64,000 nucleotides of DNA from Phoronis australis (lineage: Eukaryota; Animalia; Phoronida). Shown here piece by piece: positions 60,209 to 64,000 of the stretch. The notes below the pieces were generated by a model that searched no databases, was not told the origin of the DNA, and was given only the letters and a program-made list of their open reading frames with translations. Position 1 is the stretch's first letter, and every line of letters begins with the position of its first letter. The stretch lies in NCBI GenBank assembly GCA_002633005.1, contig NMRA01000036.1:1288139-1352138 (forward strand), written 5' to 3'. The translations under genes were made by a program, and so were the position numbers.

Positions 60209-61237
60209 ATGGCACCCAAGAAAGCCACCAGGGCATCCACGCGCAAGTCTTCAAGTCCTTTTGCGCGTCCTCCGCCAGCGCAACTTACAACAGCTGAAAT
60301 CCAGCCGTTACCGCCCGTCATCGACTATGTCAAGTTGGCCGCAGAATTAAAACGACACTACGACGCAGATTCTTCCGCTACGCCGCCCACCGTTAGCCAG
60401 CCGCTGGGCCTGTCACCTCCGTTCTACCCAGACCAGCCGGCGTTCACTGCCCCATCGTCAGCCGATGTGACTACAAATCCGTCATTTTCGGGTATTGATC
60501 TTTCTTCAAATAATTTGTATGTTGTCCCTCAGGTTTCATATCGACTCCAAAACTCGTCAACGCATCTTCAACAATGAGTTCATTGAATTTTCTTCTCTCC
60601 TTTTCGGTGAGCCGTCCGCCTCTTCCACTCCCTCTGTCTCCATCTGCTTTGCCGGTAACACTCCCATCTTTTCCAGCTCAACACGTCCAAAGGCCATCTC
60701 ATCCATCCTCGAGTGGACCCAGGCCTTCAATATTTTCCAATCCATCCTGGTCCAGATGCTTCCACAGGATGTCCATAAGCTCCCAAATATTCAACCATAG
60801 TCCATGACTGCAACACAAACTATGGCCATTCAGCAGCCTTGTTTTACGATCCACATTTCAGGAAATTCCGGTCACCTTTCCCCTTCGAGTGGGACCACAT
60901 CCACTGGGACCTGTGGCGCCACGTTTGCCTCAAGTTCAGCAACATCCAACCCCACCCAACCAACAGTCAGTCTTTTCGTCAAGGCTCCTCCACCTCCACA
61001 TTTTTTCGAGGCCCCCGTGCCCCGACCCCCAACCCCCATTCTTTTCCCACAGGTATCTGCTGGAAGTTTAACGACCAGTCCTGCAACCTTCCCCTCTACC
61101 GATACCAGCACTATTGTGGCTTCTGCGGCGCCAACCACCCAGTGCGTTCATGCACCTCCAAAACCACCAATACACCTGCCAAGTATTTCAACACCCGTAA
61201 AAGTAAGCAAACTGAAACCTCTTCTTTCAGGTTATGA
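60209..61237 (+). pseudogene. gag-like ORF of the retroelement
   Basis: MAPKKATR..., FHIDSKTRQRIFNNEFIEFSSLL, ISSILEWTQAFNIF, YDPHFRK...WDHIHWDLW and zinc finger CWKFNDQSC...HYCGFCGANHPVRSC; frameshifted. Confidence 0.8.
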
Positions 61238-62761
61238 TTCCCTCCCCGCTACGGAGCTTATCAATGGTTTCTCTTTTATTTTCAGGCTCGACGCCTCCCC
61301 GATCTGTCACTCCAATCCCCCACCAACCACCCGTCAGCTCTCCGTAATCCCGAAGTTACTTTTCAAAAAATACAGGCTGAGGTTCTGCTTGGTCGCTGGG
61401 CTAGACCCTTCGACTCCCCTCCTTCCTCCCTTTTCTCTTCGTCACCACTTGCCCTCATCCCTAAATCTCTGCCTAACAGTTTTCGTCTCATTCATAACTT
61501 GTCATATCCATCTCGTTACTCTTACTCCGTTAACTCCCTCATACACCTCATTTTCTCCCAAGTCCAGTACCAATCCAATACGGACGCTATCCGCCTGATT
61601 CAACGGTTTGGACGTCATTCCCTCAGGGCTAAGACTGACATCAATGGTGCTTTTCGCGCAGTACCGGTGCAACCTGACGACTACCACCTCTTAGGTCTCT
61701 CCTGGGCCAACAATTTATACTACGACAGGTGCCTGCCATTTGGATGTGCCTCCAACTGCAACATCTTCGAGAAGGTCAGTTCTGCGATTCAATGGATACT
61801 GGAAACCAAGTTGAAGGTCGCCGGCGTTTCGCACTACCTCGATGACTTCATTTTCGTGGGCCACCCATCCTCGCCGACATGCTCCCGGGACCTCGCCGCA
61901 TTCAGATCACTCTGCGTTTCCATAGGCATCCCTCTCAACCACGACAAGACAATTCAGCTGACCACCTCCATCATCATTTATGGCATCCACCTCGACTCTA
62001 CAACCATGACTGCTTCTCTCCCACAGGACAAGGTGTACAAATCTTCCAACCTCCACCTCGACTTCCAGAAGCGCTGCAAGGTTACTCTCCGCGATCTTCA
62101 ATCCCTCATTGGTCTACTAAACTTCGCCTGCTCCGTCATCGTGCCCGCCGGCGCCTTCCTGCGCCGCCTCATCAAAGTCACCATTGGTATTTCGAGACCA
62201 GGCCACTTCGTCACTCTCAAAACAGAAGCTAGAGCGGACCTTAGGGCTTGGTCCATCTTTCTCCGAGGCTTCAATGGGAAAACACTGTTCCCATTCGACG
62301 AGTGGACATCTTCAGACACCAACAAACTGTACTCTGATGCTGCAGGCTCCAATGGGGGTTTTGCTACGACATTGGGGGCTTCCTGGTTTGCCTACCCGTG
62401 GCCCGAACACCTGCAACACCATGACATCCCCTTCAAGGAACTCCTTCCTATCGTCATAGCGCTAGAGCTGTGGGGATCGAAGCTCGCCGACCACAAGATC
62501 GTCTTCCTGTGCGACAACCGTGCCGCCGTTGACATTATCAGCAAGACTTCCTCCCGCCACCTTCCTATTATGTCCCTTGTTCGTCGTCTGGTCATCTCCG
62601 CTCTTACCTTTAACGTTCATTTTCGGGCAAAACATATCCCTGGCCACACTAACATCATTGCTGATGTACTTTCTTATTTCAACTTTCATGTTGCCTTTTA
62701 TCAGGGTTCTTGGCTCAGCCCTCATCTGACACCGATCCCGCCACACCTCCTGGCAGCGTGA
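61170..62761 (+). pseudogene. Reverse transcriptase and RNase H of the retroelement (open for 420 codons from 61499; 5' part frameshifted)
   Basis: Motifs KTDINGAFRAVPV, YYDRCLPFG, HYLDDF, LQSLIGLLNFAC, YSDAAG, KELLPIVIAL, CDNRA and HIPGHTNIIADVLS. Confidence 0.93.
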
Positions 62762-63610
62762 CCAGACTGCTCCGGGCTTCCCTGGTCCCCTCCACTGTTC
62801 AGTCCTACGCCTGCATCCTGCATAACCTTGCACAGTTTCACCTCTCCTCTAACAACTCTCCTCTCACCTTGCCCATTAATACTTATTTCCTGGCCCACTA
62901 CATCTCCCATCCTTTCGTATCTGGCTTTAGTAGCTCGTCTATCCAGTCCTATGTCTCCGCCATTAGTTTTGTCCACAAGCCTGACTCCACGCCCCCCTTT
63001 TTCATCAAAAAAATTCTCAAAGGTGCTTCCAATCTGCGCTCCTCTTCTGACACACGCATGCGCATTACTTCAGCTTTGTTTCACCGCTTGTTTGACGCCT
63101 GCCCTTCTGCACTCGACTCTTTTGTCGACCCGGTTCTAGCACGTGCCATGTTCCTCCTAGCCTCCCATGCCTTCTTCATAATCGGTGAATTCACAGTGCC
63201 TCCTCGCTCTCCTCCCACGTCATACAGGTCAACGACGTCGTCTTCCCACCCTCTGGTGATTCTGTGGTCATCACTATGCGTACTTTCAAGCACAGCTTGG
63301 GACCAGTCCCACTTACGATTCCCTCCAGTCGATCTCCCTATTGCCCGGTAGCTGCCCTAAACTTGTACTTTTCCACTCTTTAGGCCCCCTGTTCCAGCAC
63401 CTCAGTGGATCACCGGTTACACGTTCCTGTTTCAACTCCATGTTAACTAAAGTGGTTTCCTTTGTAGGACTCGACACCAAGTCTTATACGTCACAGCTTT
63501 TGCATTGGCGCCGCCACGTCAGCGGCCAGCCGTGGCGACCCTGAACCGGTGATCCAGCGCATGGGGCGCTGGAAATCTGACGCACTAAAAAACTACATTC
63601 GCATGTCTGG
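62710..63610 (+). pseudogene. Tyrosine recombinase of the retroelement (decayed)
   Basis: SAM-like N-terminus (STVQSY, IQSYVSAISFVHK), RAMFLLASHAFFIIGEFT (box I with the Arg lost), frameshifted HSFxIGAAT and IQRMGRWKSDALKNYIR (catalytic Tyr). Confidence 0.88.
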
Positions 63611-63689
63611 CTTTTCCTCTTCCCCAGGCTTCCTGAATTCTCAGTGAGCCTGTTGCAGCTCCCCATTTCTCTCACTTTGCTTTTCAGCN

Positions 63690-63838
63690 GAAATTTGGAG
63701 TCAAGACTCCAAATTTCGAGTCAAAAAATTTTCGAGTCTGACATTAGGCACGCCTATTTCGAGTTTGGACTCCAGTCGAGTTGAAAATGAGATTTCGAGT
63801 CCGAGTTCGAGTTCGAGTCTGACATTAGGCACCGGGCC
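63690..63838. mobile_element. Right-end fragment of a Harbinger-type MITE related to 40372-40753
   Basis: TTCGAGT repeats ending ACCGGGCC followed by CAG (CWG); left end not found. Confidence 0.7.
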
Positions 63839-64000
63839 CAGGTCTATTGCTGCAGCCGGCTTCCTCCCGTTCGCAGGTCTGTAGTTGCAGGCTTTGCAAT
63901 GTTTAGACATTAGTCCTAGTTACCTTTACTTCCATTGTTGCATTTTGCTTAGCGGTTTGTTATGATCTAGTTTTTTATATTCATAGATTTTTATATACTA

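Larger units (their letters stand above)
58820..63660 (+). mobile_element. Tyrosine-recombinase retrotransposon (DIRS order, Ngaro-like) with SGNH hydrolase, gag, RT-RNase H and tyrosine recombinase; decayed
   Basis: C/T-skewed plus strand; domain order SGNH, internal repeats, gag, RT/RNase H, recombinase. Boundaries are approximate. Confidence 0.9.

Noticed and set aside
60493-60532. Possible mini-intron linking the two gag frames
   Set aside because: Too short (about 40 nt); better explained by small deletions in a PLGFHID-type motif.

Overview
AT-rich animal genomic DNA, most likely a lophotrochozoan invertebrate (inferred only from the channel sequence). The dominant feature is a multi-exon Cys-loop (pentameric) ligand-gated chloride channel subunit gene on the minus strand. 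I reconstructed six coding exons by hand: join(complement(50770..50837, 47255..47484, 31578..31660, 12050..12184, 2728..3107, 977..1168)). All introns are GT-AG, the phases fit, and the exons give about 362 aa from beta-strand 1 to the stop after TM4. The signal-peptide and N-terminal-helix exons were not found and probably lie beyond the right edge. Binding-site residues (loop A Arg plus loop D Arg, no loop G Arg) point to a lophotrochozoan-type glutamate-gated chloride channel. The introns are filled with decayed mobile DNA: a BEL/Pao LTR element with both LTRs and its target-site duplication (TSD), a 5'-truncated LINE, a Polinton/Maverick pPolB fragment, an Academ transposon with both terminal inverted repeats (TIRs) ending 26 nt from the Cys-loop exon, and a tyrosine-recombinase retroelement with an SGNH hydrolase ORF upstream of gag. 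There are also Harbinger-, hAT- and TTAA-type MITEs, a higher-order ~150-bp tandem array and a 33-bp P-element-like excision footprint. I cannot demonstrate a new biological system from the sequence alone. The best leads are the SGNH-in-an-intron retroelement layout, the P-type footprint, the displaced branch point and the channel's ligand and drug signature.
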